This document shows, one piece after another, positions 60,863 to 61,474 of a stretch of 61,474 bases of DNA; the first letter of the stretch is position 1, and each line of letters begins with the position of its first letter. The stretch covers positions 1 to 61,474 of the forward strand of contig JACUUM010000005.1 in the NCBI GenBank assembly GCA_014859305.1, written 5' to 3'. The DNA comes from Coriobacteriia bacterium (GTDB lineage Bacteria; Actinomycetota; Coriobacteriia; Anaerosomatales; Kmv31). Position numbers and translations under genes: made by a program. The notes under the pieces are model-generated. The model was not told where the DNA came from. It ran no database searches and was given only the letters and a program-made list of their open reading frames with translations.

Positions 60863-60868
60863 ATTCTA
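60863..60868 (-). promoter_or_regulatory. Candidate extended -10 (TGGTAGAAT) upstream of the nifU-like gene
   Basis: The minus strand reads TTTGTGGTAGAATCGCC about 100 nt upstream of the ATG. Confidence 0.35.
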
Positions 60869-60994
60869 CCACAAATCCTGACTAACCTACTCAAGTATCC
60901 TCGGAAGGAGGACCGGCGGCCGACGACGGGCCGCGGACCCCCGATCCCGGCACGACCCGGTCGGCGGCCGTGACGCCGAAGAGAGCCGCCGGGT

Positions 60995-61114
60995 GTGTTC
61001 AGCAGTGTCCTACTCTCCCACGGCCTACGCCGCAGTACCATCGGCGCTGGAGGGCTTAACTGCCGGGTTCGGAATGGGACCGGGTGTACCCCCTCCGCCA
61101 TGACCACTGAACAC
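60995..61114 (-). rRNA. rrf: 5S ribosomal RNA
   Basis: The reverse complement reads ...GGTCATGGCGGAGGGGGTACACCCGGTCCCATTCCGAACCCGGCAGTTAAGCCC...GGGAGAGTAGGACACTGCTGAAC, a typical bacterial 5S. The ends are approximate (+/- 3 nt). Confidence 0.9.
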
Positions 61115-61221
61115 ACCCGGCGGCTCTCGCCGAGCGTCACGTATTCGGTTGTCAGCGCGCCTCGCCGACGCGTCCACACCCTGAGAGCTGCATAGCGCGC
61201 AAAAGAGAGATCGAATAGAAA

Positions 61222-61474
<253 letters not shown>

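Overview
This is a 61.5-kb, very GC-rich, gene-dense chromosomal segment. It reads as core genome of a high-GC Gram-positive (Actinomycetota-like) organism with anaerobe or microaerophile traits: superoxide reductase, a c-type cytochrome and a B12-dependent class II ribonucleotide reductase. I can support about 70 protein genes. Most lie on the minus strand in long arrays with 1-4 nt start/stop overlaps. The window ends in a 5S rRNA and the 3' end of a 23S rRNA, both on the minus strand. Read from high to low coordinates, the backbone is ruvCAB, queA, tgt, yajC, secDF, recJ, relA, hisS, aspS, rarA, alaS, ruvX, mltG. From memory this is the same order as in Bacillus subtilis, and lineage-specific genes are inserted between these anchors. 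I found no transposase, integrase, prophage, CRISPR array, tRNA gene or recognisable defence or toxin island, so this is mostly an ordinary housekeeping region. The items that deserve a second look are: (1) a single 1238-codon ORF fusing RecJ, a HIRAN domain and a RecQ-like helicase; (2) a MEDS-PAS-PP2C phosphatase gene interrupted by one in-frame TGA where I expect a conserved Cys, followed by a perfect 7-bp hairpin; (3) a PilB-like ATPase with a near-consensus MshEN c-di-GMP motif, followed by Roadblock/LC7 and PATAN/DUF4388 genes with no other pilus genes, where the PATAN gene carries an in-frame TAG inside a Glu-Pro repeat; (4) a superoxide reductase paired with a membrane-anchored NapC/NirT-like tetrahaem cytochrome that has atypical CX4CH and CX3CH motifs; (5) a perfect 153-bp in-frame tandem duplication inside pdxS; (6) an RsbW-like anti-sigma factor that appears to lack the ATP-binding residues. 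The two single-base in-frame stops and the exact duplication could be sequencing or assembly artefacts, so raw reads should be checked before any biological interpretation. All domain calls come from reading motifs by eye; no database search was run.
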